This document shows positions 48,501 to 62,000 of a stretch of 64,000 nt of DNA, in pieces. The DNA is from Euglena gracilis (Eukaryota): positions 36,255,703 through 36,319,702 of the forward strand of contig CP154954.1 of the NCBI GenBank assembly GCA_039621445.1. The letters run 5' to 3'. Each line of letters opens with the position of its first letter. Within the stretch, counting starts at the first letter, position 1. The notes beneath the pieces were generated by a model that was given only the letters and a program-made list of their open reading frames with translations, did not search any database and was not told the origin of the DNA. The translations under genes were made by a program, and so were the position numbers.

Positions 48501-49740
48501 GCAACCAACATTCCCGCTGCATGTTTTTCTTACCATTAAACCACGACAATCATGGAACCAACGGGTCCCCTGACTTTGGAGGCCTCCTGGAACACCCATT
48601 CGGCTACTCGGAGTAATGCCCAATTTGGTCCGTTTTTACATGGTAACCTGGGCTGACCTGGTAAATGTTCCCCGGAATGGTCGAATGCACCCATCTAAAT
48701 GTGCTCATTTCTTGCAACCAACATTCCCGCTGCATGTTTTTCTTACTATTAAACCATGAGAATCATGAAACCAACGGGTCCCCTGACTTTGGAGGCCTCC
48801 TGAAACACCCATTCGGTTACTCGGAGTAAGGCACAATTTGGTCCATTTTTACATGGTAACCTGGGATGACCTGGTAAATGTCCCCCGGAATGGTCGAATG
48901 CACCCATCTAAATGTGCTCATTTATTGCAACCAACGTCCCCGCTGCATGTTTTTCTTACCATTAAACCACGACAAACGTGAAACCAACGTGTCCCCGGAC
49001 TTTGGAGGTCTCCTGGAACACCCATTCGGTTACTCGGAGTAAGGCACAATTTGGTCCATTTTTACATGGTAACCTGGGCTGACCTGGTAAATGTCCCCGG
49101 AATGGTCGAATGCACCCATCTAAATGTGCTCATTTCTTGCAACCAACACTCCCGCTGCATGTTTTTCTTACCACTAAACCACGATAATCATCGGGTCCCC
49201 TGACTTTGGAGGCCTCCTGGAACACCCATTCGGTTACTCGGAGTAAGGCCCAATTTGGTCCATTTTTACGTGGTATCCTGGGCTGACCTGGTAAATGTCC
49301 CCCGTATTGGACGGATGCACCCATCTAAATGTGCTCATTTCTTGCAACCAACATTCCAGCTGCATGTTTTTCTTACCATTAAACCACGACAATCATGAAA
49401 CCAACGGGTCCCCTGACTTTGGAGGCATCCTGGAACACCCATTCGGTTACTCGGAGTAAGGCCCAATTTGGTCCATTTTTACATGGTAACCTGGGCTGAC
49501 CTGGTAAATGTCCCCCGGATTGGTCGAATGCACCCATCTAAATGTGCTGATTACTTGCAACCAACATTCCCGCTGCATGTGTTTCTTACCGTTAAACCAC
49601 GACAATCATGAAACCAACGGGTCCCCTGACTTTGGAGGCCTCCTGGAACACCCATTCGATTACTCGGAGTAAGGCCCAATTTGGTCCATTTTTACACGGT
49701 AACCTGGGCTGACCTGGTAAATGTCCCCCGGAATGGTCGA
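45550..49740. repeat. 10-monomer higher-order repeat, 2 copies
   Basis: Diagnostic variants recur at offset 2121 (45585/47706) and at 2099 after a 22-bp deletion near 48330. Shared deletion ATAATCATCGGGTC at about 47085 and 49184. Confidence 0.85.
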
Positions 49741-52199
49741 ATGCACCCATCTAAATGTGCTCATTTCTTGCAACCAACATTCCCGCTGCATGTTTTTCTT
49801 ACCATTAAACCACGACAATCATGAAACCAACGGGTCCCCTGACTTTGGAGGCCTCCTGGAACACCCATTCGGTTACTCGGAGTAAGGCCCAATTTGGTCC
49901 ATTTTTACGTGGTAACCTGGGCTGACCCGGTAAATGTCCCCCGCAACGGTCGAATGCACCCATCTAAATGTGCTGATTTCTTGCAACCAACATTCCCGCT
50001 GCATGTATTTCTTACAATTAAACCACGACAATCATGAAACCAACGGGTCCCCTGACTTTGGAGGCCTCCTGGAACACCCATTCGGCTACTCGGAGTAAGG
50101 CCCAGTTGGGTCCATTTTTACATGGTAACCTGGGCTGACCTGGTAAGTGTCCCCCGGAATGGTCGAATGCAACGATCCAAATGTGCTCATTTCTCGCAAC
50201 CAACATTCCCGCTGCATGTTTTTCATACCATTAAACCACGACAATCATGAAACCAACAGGTCCTCTGACTTTGGAGGCCTCCTGGAACACCCATTCGGTT
50301 ACTCGGAGTATGGCCGAATTTGGTCCATTTTTACATGGTAACCTGGGATGACCTGGTAAATGTCTCCCGGAATGGTCGAATGCACCCATCTAAATGTGCT
50401 CATTTCTCGCAACCAACATTCCCGCTGCATGTTTTTCTTACCATTAAACCACTACAATCATGAAACCAACGGGTCCCCTGACTTTGAAGGCCTCCTGGAA
50501 CACTCATTCGGTTACTCGGAGTAAGGCCCAATTTGGTCCATTTTTACATGGTAACCTGGGCTGGCCCGGTAAATGTCCCCCGGAATGGTCCATTGCATCC
50601 ATCTAAATGTGCTCATTTCTTGCAACCAACATTTCCGCTGCATGTTGTTCTCATCATTCAACCACGACAATCATGAAACCAACGGGTCCCCTGAGTTTGG
50701 AGGCCTCCTGGAACACCCATTCGGTTACTCGGAGTAAGGCCCAATTTGGTCCATTTTTACATGGTAACCTGGGCTGACCTGCTAAATGTCCCCCGGAATG
50801 GTCGAATGCACCCATCTAAATGTGCTCATTCCTCGCAACCAACATTCCCGCTGCATGTTTTTCTTACCATTAAACCACGACAATCATGAAACCAACGGGT
50901 CCCCTGACTTTGGAGGCCTCCTGGAACACCCATTCGGTTACTCGGAGTAAGGCCCAATTTGGTCCATTTTTACATGGTAACCTGGGCGGACCTGGTAAAT
51001 GTCCCCCAGAATGGTCGAATGCACCCATTTAAGTGTGCTCTTTCCTTGCAAACAACGTTCCCGCTGCATGTTTTTCTTCCCATTAAACCACGGCAATCAT
51101 GAAACCAACGGGTCCCCTGACTTTGGAGGCCTCCTGGAACACCCATTCGGTTACTCGGAGTAAGGCCCATTTTTACATGGTAACCTGGGCTGACCTGGTA
51201 AATGTCCCCCGGAATGGTCGAATGCACCCATCTAAATGTGCTCATTACTTGCAACCAACATTCCCGCTGCATGTTTTTCTTACCAGTAAACCACGACAAT
51301 CATGAAACCAACGGGTCCCCTGACTTTGGAGGCCTCCTGGAACACCCATTCGGTTACTCGGAGTAAGGCCCATTTTGGTCCATTTTTACACGGTAACCTG
51401 GGCTGACCTGGTAAATGTACCCCAGAATGGTCGAATTCACCCATCTAAATGTGCTCATTTCTTGCAACCAACATTCCTGCTGCATGTTTTTTTTAACATT
51501 AAACCACGACAATCATGAAACCAACGGGTCCTCTGACTTTGGAGGCCTCCTGGAACACCCATTCGGTTACTCGGAGTATGGCCGAATTTGGTCCATTTTT
51601 ACATGGTAACCTGGGATGACCTGGTAAATGTCTCCCGGAATGGTCGAATGCACCCATCTAAATGTGCTCATTTCTTGCAACCAACATTCCCGCTGCATGT
51701 TTGTCTTACCATTAAACCACTACAATCATGAAACCAACGGGACCCCTGACTTTGAAGGCCTCCTGGAACACTCATTCGGTTACTCGGAGTAAGGCCCAAT
51801 TTGGTCCATTTTTACGTGGTAACCTGGGCTGGCCCGGTAAATGTCCCCCGGAATGGTCCATTGCACCCATCTAAATGTGCTCATTTCTTGCAACCAACAT
51901 TTCCGCTGCATGTTTTTCTTATCATTAAACCACGACAATCATGAAACCAACGGGTCCCCTGAGTTTGGAGGCCTCCTGGAACACCCATTCGGTTACTCGG
52001 AGTAAGGCCCATTTTTACATGGTACCCTGGGCTGACCTGGTAAATGTCCCCCGGAATGGTCGAATGCACCCATCTAAATGTGCTCATTACTTGCAACCAA
52101 CATTCCCGCTGCATGTTTTTCTTACCAGTAAACCACGACAATCATGAAACCAACGGGTCCCCTGACTTTGGAGGCCTCCTGGAACACCCATTCGGTTAC

Positions 52200-55100
52200 T
52201 CGGAGTAAGGCCCATTTTGGTCCATTTTTACACGGTAACCTGGGCTGACCTGGTAAATGTACCCCAGAATGGTCGAATTCACCCATCTAAATGTGCTCAT
52301 TTCTTGCAACCAACATTCCTGCTGCATGTTTTTTTTAACATTAAACCACGACAATCATGAAACCAACGGGTCCCCTGACTTTGGAGGCCTCCTGGAACAC
52401 CCATTCGGTTACTCGGAGTAAGGCTCAATTTGGTCCATTTTTACATTGTAACCTGGACTGACATGGTAAGTGTCCCCCGGAATAGTCGAATGAACCCATC
52501 TAAATGTGCTCAGTTCTTGCAACCAACATTCCCGTTGCATGTTTTTCTTATCATTAAACCACGACAATCGTGAAACCAAAGGGTCCCCTGACTTTGGAGT
52601 CCTCCTGTAACACCCATTCGGTTACTCGGAGTAAGGCCCAATTTGGTCCATTTTTACATGGTAACCTGGGCTGACCTGGTAAGTGTCCCCCGGAATAGTC
52701 GAATGCACCCATCTGAATGTGCTCATTTCTGGCAACCAACATTTCCGCTGCATGTTTTTCTTATCATTAAACCACGACAATCATGAAACCAACGGGTCCC
52801 CTGACTTTGGAGGCCTCCTGGAACACCCATTCGGTTACACGGAGTAAGGAATAATTTGGTCCATTTTTACATGGTAACCTGGGCTGACCTGCTAAATGTC
52901 CCCCGGAATGGTCGAATGCACCCATCTAAATGTGCTCATTCCTCGCAACCAACATTCCCGCTGCATGTTTTTCTTACCGTTAAACCACGACAATCATGAA
53001 ACCAACGGGTCCCCTGACTTTGGAGGCCTCCTGGAACACCCATTCGGTTACTCGGAGTACGTAACCTGGGCTGACCTGGTAAATGTCCCCCGGAATGGTC
53101 GAATGCACCCATCTAAATGTGCTCATTTCTTGCAACCAACATTCCCGCTGCATGTTTTTCTTATCATTAAACCACGACAATCATGAAACCAACGGGTCCC
53201 CTGACTTTGGAGGCCTCCTGGAACACCCATTCGGTTACTCGGAGTAAGGAATAATTTGGTCCATTTTTACATGGTAACCTGGGCTGACCTGGTAAGTGTC
53301 CCCCGGAATGGTCGAATGCACCCATCTAAATGTGCTCATTTCTTGCAACCAACATTCCCGCTGCATGTTTTTCTTATCATTAAACCACGACAATCATGAA
53401 ACCAACGGGTCCCTTGACTTTGGAGGCCTCCTGGAACACCCATTCGGTTACTCGGAGTAAGGCCCAATTTGGTCCATTTTTACACGGTAACCTGGGCTGA
53501 CCTGGTAAATGTACCCCAGAATGGTCGAATTCACCCATCTAAATGTGCTCATTTCTTGCAACCAACATTCCTGCTGCATGTTTTTTTTAACATTAAACCA
53601 CGACAATCATGAAACCAACGGGTCCCCTGACTTTGGAGGCCTCCTGGAACACCCATTTGGTTACTCGGAGTAAGGCTCAATTTGGTCCATTTTTACATTG
53701 TAACCTGGACTGACATGGTAAGTGTCCCCCGGAATAGTCGAATGAACCCATCTAAATGTGCTCAGTTCTTGCAACCAACATTCCCGCTGCATGTATTTCT
53801 TATCGTTAAACCACGACAATGATGAAACCAACGGGTCCCCTGACTTTGGAGTCCTCCTGTAACACCCATTCGGTTACTCGGAGTAATGCCCAATTTGGTC
53901 CATTTTTACATGGTAACCTGGGCTGACCTGGTAAGTGTCCGCCGGAATAGTCGAATGCACCCACCTGAATGTGCTCATTTCTTGCAACCAACATTCCCGC
54001 TGCATGTTTTTCTTATCATTAAACCACGACAATCATGAAACCAACGGGTCCCCTGACTTTGGAGGCCTCCTGGAACACCCATTCGGTTACACGGAGTAAG
54101 GAATAATTTGGTCCATTTTTACATGGTAACCTGGGCTGACCTGCTAAATGTCCCCCGGAATGGTCGAATGCACCCATCTAAATGTGCTCATTCCTCGCAA
54201 CCAACATTCCCGCTGCATGTTTTTCTTACCGTTAAACCACGACAATCATGAAACCAACGGGTCCCCTGACTTTGGAGGCCTCCTGGAACACCCATTCGGT
54301 TACTCGGAGTAAGGCCCATTTTTTCATGGTAACCTGGGCTGACCTGGTAAATGTCCCCCGGAATGGTCGAATGCACCCATCTAAATGTGCTCATTTCTTG
54401 CAACCAACATTCCCGCTGCATGTTTTTCTTATCATTAAACCACGACAATCATGAAACCAACGGGTCCCCTGACTTTGGAGGCCTCCTGGAACACCCATTC
54501 GGTTACCCGGAGTAAGGAATAATTTGGTCCATTTTTACATGGTAACCTGGGCTGACCTGGTAAGTGTCCGCCGGAATAGTCGAATGCACCCATCTAAATG
54601 TGCTCATTTCTTGCAACCAACACTCCCGCTGCATGTTTTTCTTATCATTAAACCACGACAATCATGAAACCAACGGGTCCCTTGACTTTGGAGGCCTCCT
54701 GGAACACCCATTCGGTTACTCGGAGTAAGGCCCAATTTGGTCCATTTTTACACGGTAACCTGGGCTGACCTGGTAAATGTACCCCAGAATGGTCGAATTC
54801 ACCCATCTAAATGTGCTCATTTCTTGCAACCAACATTCCTGCTGCATGTTTTTTTTAACATTAAACCACGACAATCATGAAACCAACGGGTCCCCTGACT
54901 TTGGAGGCCTCCTGGAACACCCATTCGGTTACTCGGAGTAAGGCTCAATTTGGTCCATTTTTACATTGTAACCTGGACTGACATGGTAAGTGTCCCCCGG
55001 AATAGTCGAATGAACCCATCTAAATGTGCTCAGTTCTTGCAACCAACATTCCCGCTGCATGTATTTCTTATCGTTAAACCACGACAATGATGAAACCAAC

Positions 55101-56030
55101 GGGTCCCCTGACTTTGGAGTCCTCCTGTAACACCCATTCGGTTACTCGGAGTAATGCCCAATTTGGTCCATTTTTACATGGTAACCTGGGCTGACCTGGT
55201 AAGTGTCCGCCGGAATAGTCGAATGCACCCACCTGAATGTGCTCATTTCTTGCAACCAACATTCCCGCTGCATGTTTTTCTTATCATTAAACCACGACAA
55301 TCATGAAACCAACGGGTCCCCTGACTTTGGAGGCCTCCTGGAACACCCATTCGGTTACACGGAGTAAGGAATAATTTGGTCCATTTTTACATGGTAACCT
55401 GGGCTGACCTGCTAAATGTCCCCCGGAATGGTCGAATGCACCCATCTAAATGTGCTCATTCCTCGCAACCAACATTCCTGCTGCATGTTTTTCTTACCGT
55501 TAAACCACGACAATCATGAAACCAACGGGTCCCCTGACTTTGGAGGCCTCCTGGAACACCCATTCGGTTACTCGGAGTAAGGCCCATTTTTTCATGGTAA
55601 CCTGGGCTGACCTGGTAAATGTCCCCCGGAATGGTCGAATGCACCCATCTAAATGTGCTCATTTCTTGCAACCAACATTCCCGCTGCATGTTTTTCTTAT
55701 CATTAAACCACGACAATCATGAAACCAACGGGTCCCCTGACTTTGGAGGCCTCCTGGAACACCCATTCGGTTACCCGGAGTAAGGAATAATTTGGTCCAT
55801 TTTTACATGGTAACCTGGGCTGACCTGGTAAGTGTCCGCCGGAATAGTCGAATGCACCCATCTAAATGTGCTCATTTCTTGCAACCAACACTCCCGCTGC
55901 ATGTTTTTCTTATCATTAAACCACGACAATCATGAAACCAACGGGTCCCTTGACTTTGGAGGCCTCCTGGAACACCCATTCGGTTACTCGGAGTAAGGCC
56001 CAATTTGGTCCATTTTTACACGGTAACCTG
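52200..56030. repeat. 6-monomer higher-order repeat, about 3 copies
   Basis: AAGGCTCAA...ACATTGTAACCTGGACTGACATGG marker at about 52420, 53672 and 54940 (offsets 1252 and 1268). Confidence 0.85.
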
Positions 56031-59000
56031 GGCTGACCTGGTAAGTGTCCCCGGAATGGACGAATGCACCCACCTAAATGTGCTGATTTCTTGCAACCAC
56101 CATTCTCGCTGCATGGTTTTCTTACAAAAAAAACCACGAAAATCATGAAACCAACGGATCCCTTGACTTTGGAGGCCTCCTGAAACACCCATTCGGTTAC
56201 TCGGAGTAAGGCCTAATTTGGTCCATTTTTACATGGTAACCTGGGCAGACCTGGTAAATGTCCCCCGGAATGGTCGAATGCACCCATCTAAATGTGCACT
56301 TTCCTTGCAACCAACATTCCCGCTGCATGAGTTTCTTACCATTAAACCACGACAATCATGTAACCAACGGGTCCCCTGACTTTGGAGGCCTCCTGGAACA
56401 CCCATTCGGTTACTCGGAGTAAGGCCCAATTTGGTCCATTTTTACATGGTAACCTGGGCTGACATGGTAAATGTCCCCCGGAATCGTCGAATGCACCCAT
56501 CTAAATGTGCTCATTTCTTGCAACCAACATTCCCGCTGCATGTTTTTCTTACCATTAAACCACGACAGTCATGAAACCAACGGGTCCCCTGACTTTGGAG
56601 GCCTCCTGGAACACCCATTCGGTTACTCGGAGTAAGGCCCAATTTGGTCCATTTTTACGTGGTAACCTGGGCTGACCTGGTAAATGTCACCCGGAATGGT
56701 CGAATGCACCCATCTAAATGTGCTCATTTCTTGCAACCAAAATTCCCGCTGCATGTTTTTCTTACCATTAAACCACAACAATCATGAAACCAACGGGTCC
56801 CCTGACTTTGGAGGCCTCCTGGAACACCCATTCGGTTACTCGGATTAAGGCCCAATTTGGTCCATTTTTACATGGTAACCTGGGCTGACCTGGTAAGTGT
56901 CCGCCGGAATAATCGAATGCACCCATCTGAATGTGCTCATTTCTTGCAACCAACATTCCCGCTGCATGTTTTTCTTATCATTAAACCACGACAATCATGA
57001 AACCAACGGGTCCCTTGACTTTGGAGGCCTCCTGGAACACCCATTCGGTTACTCGGAGTAAGGCCCAATTTGGTCCGTTTTTACATGGTAACCTGGGCTG
57101 ACCTGGTAAGTGTCCGCCGGAATGGTCGAATGCACCCATCTAAATGTGCACTTTCCTTGCAACCAACATTCCCGCTGCATGTGTTTCTTAGCATTAAACC
57201 ACGACAATCATGAAACCAACGGGTCCCCTGACTTTGGAGGCCTCCTGGAACACCCATTCGGTTACTCGGAGGAAGGCCCAATTTGGTCCATTTTTACATG
57301 GTAACCTGGGCCGACCTGGTAAACGTCCCCCGGAATGGTCGAATGCACCCATCTAAATGTGCTGATTTCTCGCTACCAACATTCCCCTGCATGTTTTTCT
57401 TACCATTAACCCACGACAATCATGAAACCAACGGGTCCCCTGACTTTGTAGGCGTCGTGGAACACCCATTCGGTTACTCGGAGTAAGGCATAATCTGGTC
57501 CATTTTTACATGGTAACCTGGGCTGACATGGTAAATGTCCCCCGGAATGGTCGAATGCACCCATCTAAATGTGCTGATTTCTTGCAACCACCATTCCCGC
57601 TGCATGTTTTCCTTACCGTTAAACCACAACAATCATGAAACCAACGGGTCCCCTGACTTTGGAGGCCTCCTGGAACACCCATTCGGTTACTCGGAGTAAG
57701 GCCAAAATTGGTCCATTTTTACGTGGTAACCTGGGCTGACCTGGTAAATGTCCCCCGGAATGGTCGAATGCAGCCATCTAAATGTGCTGATTTATTGCAA
57801 CCAACATTCCCGCTGCTTTTTTTCTTACCAATAAACCACGACAATCATGAAACCAACGGGTCCCCTGACTTTGGAGGCCTCCTGGAACACCCATTCGGTT
57901 ACTCGGAGTAAGGCCCAACTTGGTCCATTTTTACGTGGTAACCTGGGCTGACCTGGTAAATGTCACCCGGAATGGTCGAATGCACCCATCTAAATGTGCT
58001 CATTTCTTGCAACCAAAATTCCCGCTGCATGTTTTTCTTACCATTAAACCACAACAATCATGAAACCAACGGGTCCCCTGACTTTGGAGGCCTCCTGGAA
58101 CACCCATTCGGTTACTCGGAGTAAGGCCCAATTTGGTCCATTTTTACATGGTAACCTGGGCTGACCTGGTAAGTGTCCGCCGGAATAATCGAATGCACCC
58201 ATCTGAATGTGCTCATTTCTTGCAACCAACATTCCCGCTGCATGTTTTTCTTACCATTAAACCACGACAATCATGAAACCAACGGGTCCCTTGACTTTGG
58301 AGGCCTCCTGGAACACCCATTCGGTTACTCGGAGTAAGGCCCAATTTGGTCCGTTTTTACATGGTAACCTGGGCTGACCTGGTAAATGTCCCCCGGAATG
58401 GTCGAATGCACCCATCTAAATGTGCACTTTCCTTGCAACCAACATTCCCGCTGCATGTGTTTCTTACCATTAAACCACGACAATCATGAAACCAACGGGT
58501 CCCCTGACTTTGGAGGCCTCCTGGAACACCCATTCGGTTACTCGGAGTAAGGCCCAATTTGGTCCACTTTTACATGGTAACCTGGGCCGACCTGGTAAAC
58601 ATCCCCCGGAATGGTCGAATGCACCCATCTAAATGTGCTGATTTCTCGCTACCAACATTCCCCTGCATGTTTTTCTTACCATTAACCCACGACAATCATG
58701 AAACCAACGGGTCCCTTGACTTTGGAGGCCTCCTGGAACACCCATTCGGTTACTCGGAGTAAGGCCCAATTTGGTCCGTTTTTACATGGTAACCTGGGCT
58801 GACCTGGTAAATGTCCCCCGGAATGGTCGAATGCACCCATCTAAATGTGCTGATTTCTTGCAACCAACATTCCCGCTGCATGTTTTCCTTACCGTTGGAC
58901 CACAACAATCATGAAACCAACGGGTCACCTGACTTTGTAGGCCTCCTGGAACACCCATTCGGTTACTCGGAGTAAGGCCCAATTTGGTCCATTTTTACAT

Positions 59001-62000
59001 GGTAACCTGGGCTGACCTGGTAAATGTCCCCCGGAAGTGTCGAATGCACCCATCTAAATGTGCTGATTTCTTGCAACCAACATTCCCGCTGCATGTTTTT
59101 CTCACCATTAAACCACGACAATCATGAAACCAACGGGTCCCCTGACTTTGGAGGCCTCCTGGAACACCCATTCGGTTACTCGGAGTAAGGCCCAATTTGG
59201 TCCATTTTTACATGGTAACCTCGGCTGACCTGGTAAATGTCCCCGGAATGGTCGAATGCAGCCATATAAATGTGCTGATTTATTGCAACCAACATTCCCG
59301 GTGCATTTTTTTCTTACCATTAAACCACGACAATCATGTAACCAACGGTACCCCTGACTTTTGGAGGCCTCCAGGAACACCCATTCGGTTACTCGGAGTA
59401 AGGCCCAATTTGGTCCATTTTTAGGTGGTAACCTGGTCTGACCTGGTAAATGTCCCCCGGAATGGTTGAATTCACCCATATAAATGTGCTCATTTCTTGC
59501 AACCAACGTTCCCGCTGCATGTTTTTCTTACCATTAAACCACGATAATCACGAAACCAACGGGTCCCCTGACTTTGGAGGCCTCCTGGAACACCCATTCG
59601 GTTACTCGGAGTAGGGGCAATTTGGTCCATTTTTACGTGGTAACCTCGGCTGACCTGGTAAATGTCCCCGGAATGGTCGAATGCACCCATCTAAATGTGC
59701 TGATTTCTTGCAACCAACATTCCCGCTGCATTTTTTTCTTACCACTAAACCACGACAATCATGAAACCAACGGGTCCCCTGACTTTGGAGGCCTCCTGGA
59801 ACATCCATTCGGTTACTCGAAGTAAGGCCCAATTTGGTCCATTTTTACATGGTAACCTGGGCTGATCTGGTAAATGTCCCCCGGAATGGTCGAATGCACC
59901 CATCTAAATGTGCTGATTTCTCGCTACCAACATTCCAGCTGCATGTTTCTCTTACCATTAAACCACGCAATCATGAAACCAACGGGTCCCCTGACTTTGG
60001 AGGCCTCCTGGAACACCCATTCAGTTATTCGGAGTAAGGCCCAATTTGGTCCACTTTTTACGTGGTAACCTGGGCTGACCTGGTAAGTGTCCGCCGGAAT
60101 GGTCGAATGCACCCATCTAAATGTGCTGATTTCTTGCAACCAACATTCCCGCTGCATTTTTTTCTTACCACTAAACCACGACAATCATGAAACCAACGGG
60201 TCCCCTGACTTTGGAGGCCTCCTGGAACACCCATTCGGTTACTCGAAGTAAGGCCCAATTTGGTCCATTTTTACATGGTAACCTGGGCTGATCTGGTAAA
60301 TGTCCCCCGGAATGGTCGAATGCACCCATCTAAATGTGCTGATTTCTCGCTACCAACATTCCAGCTGCATGTTTCTCTTACCATTAAACCACGCAATCAT
60401 GAAACCAACGGGTCCCCTGACTTTGGAGGCCTCCTGGAACACCCATTCAGTTATTCGGAGTAAGGCCCAATTTGGTCCACTTTTTACGTGGTAACCTGGG
60501 CTGACCTGGTAAATGTCCCCCGGAATGGTCGAATGCACCCATCTAAATCAGTTAATTTCTTGCAACCAATAGTCCCGTGCATGTTTTTCTTACCATTAAA
60601 CCACGACAATCATGAAACCAACGGGTCCCCTGACTTTGGAGGCCTCCTGCAACACCCATTCGGTTACTCGGAGTAAGGCCCAATTTGGTCCATTTTTACA
60701 TGGTAACCTCGGCTGACCTGGTAAATGTCCCCGGAATGGTCGAATGCACCCATCTAAATGTGTTGATATCTTGCAACCAACATTCCCGCTGCATGTTTTT
60801 CTTACCATTAAACCACGACAATCACGAAACCAACGGGTCCCCTGACTTTGGAGGCCTCCTGGAACACCCATTCGGTTACTCGGAGTAAGGCCCAATTTGG
60901 TCCATTTTTACATGGTAACCTGGGCTGACCTGGTAAATGTCCCCCCGAATGGTCGAATGCACCCATCTAAATGTGCTGATTTCCCGCTACCAACGTTCCC
61001 GCTGCATGTTTTTCTTACCACTAACCCACGACAATCATGAAACCAACGGGTCCCCTGACTTTGGAGGCCTCCTGGAACACCCATTCGGTTACTCGGAGTA
61101 AGGCCCAATTTGGTCCATTTTTACATGGTAACCTGGGCTGACCTGGTAAATGTCCCCCGGAATGGTCGAATGCACCCATCTAAATCTGTTAATTTCTTGC
61201 AACCAACAGTCCCGTGCATGTTTTTCTTACCATTAAACCACGACAATCATGAAACCAACGGGTCCCCTGACTTTGGAGGCCTCCTGGAACACCCATTCGG
61301 TTACTCGGAGTAAGGCCCAATTTGGTCCATTTTTACATGGTAACCTCGGCTGACCTGGTAAATGTCCCCGGAATGGTCGAATGCACCCATCTAAATGTGT
61401 TGATATCTTGCAACCAACATTCCCGCTGCATGTTTTTCTTACCATTAAACCACGACAATCATGAAACCAACGGGTCCCCTGACTTTGGAGGCCTCCTGGA
61501 ACACCCATTCGGTTACTCGGAGTAAGGCCCAATTTGGTCCATTTTTACATGGTAACCTGGGCTGACCTGGTAAATGTCCCCCGGAATGGTCGAATGCACC
61601 CATCTAAACGTGCTCATTTCTTGCAACCAACGTTCCCGCTGCGTTTTTTTCCTACCATTAAACCACTAAAATCATGAAACCAACGGGTCCCCTGACTTTG
61701 GAGGCCTCCTGGAACACCCATTCGGTTACTCGGAGTAAGGCCCAATTTGGTCCATTTTTACATGGTAACCTGGGCTGACCTGGTAAATGTCCCCCGGAAT
61801 GGTCGAATGCACCGATGTAAATCGGTTCATTTCTTGCAACCAACAGTCCCGCTGCATGTTTTTCTGACCATTAAACCACGACAATCATGAAACCAACGCG
61901 TCCCCTGACTTTGGAGGCCTCCTGGAACACCCATTCGGTTACTCGGAGTAAGGCCCAATTTGGTCCATTTTTACATGGTAACCTGGGCTGACCTGGTAAA

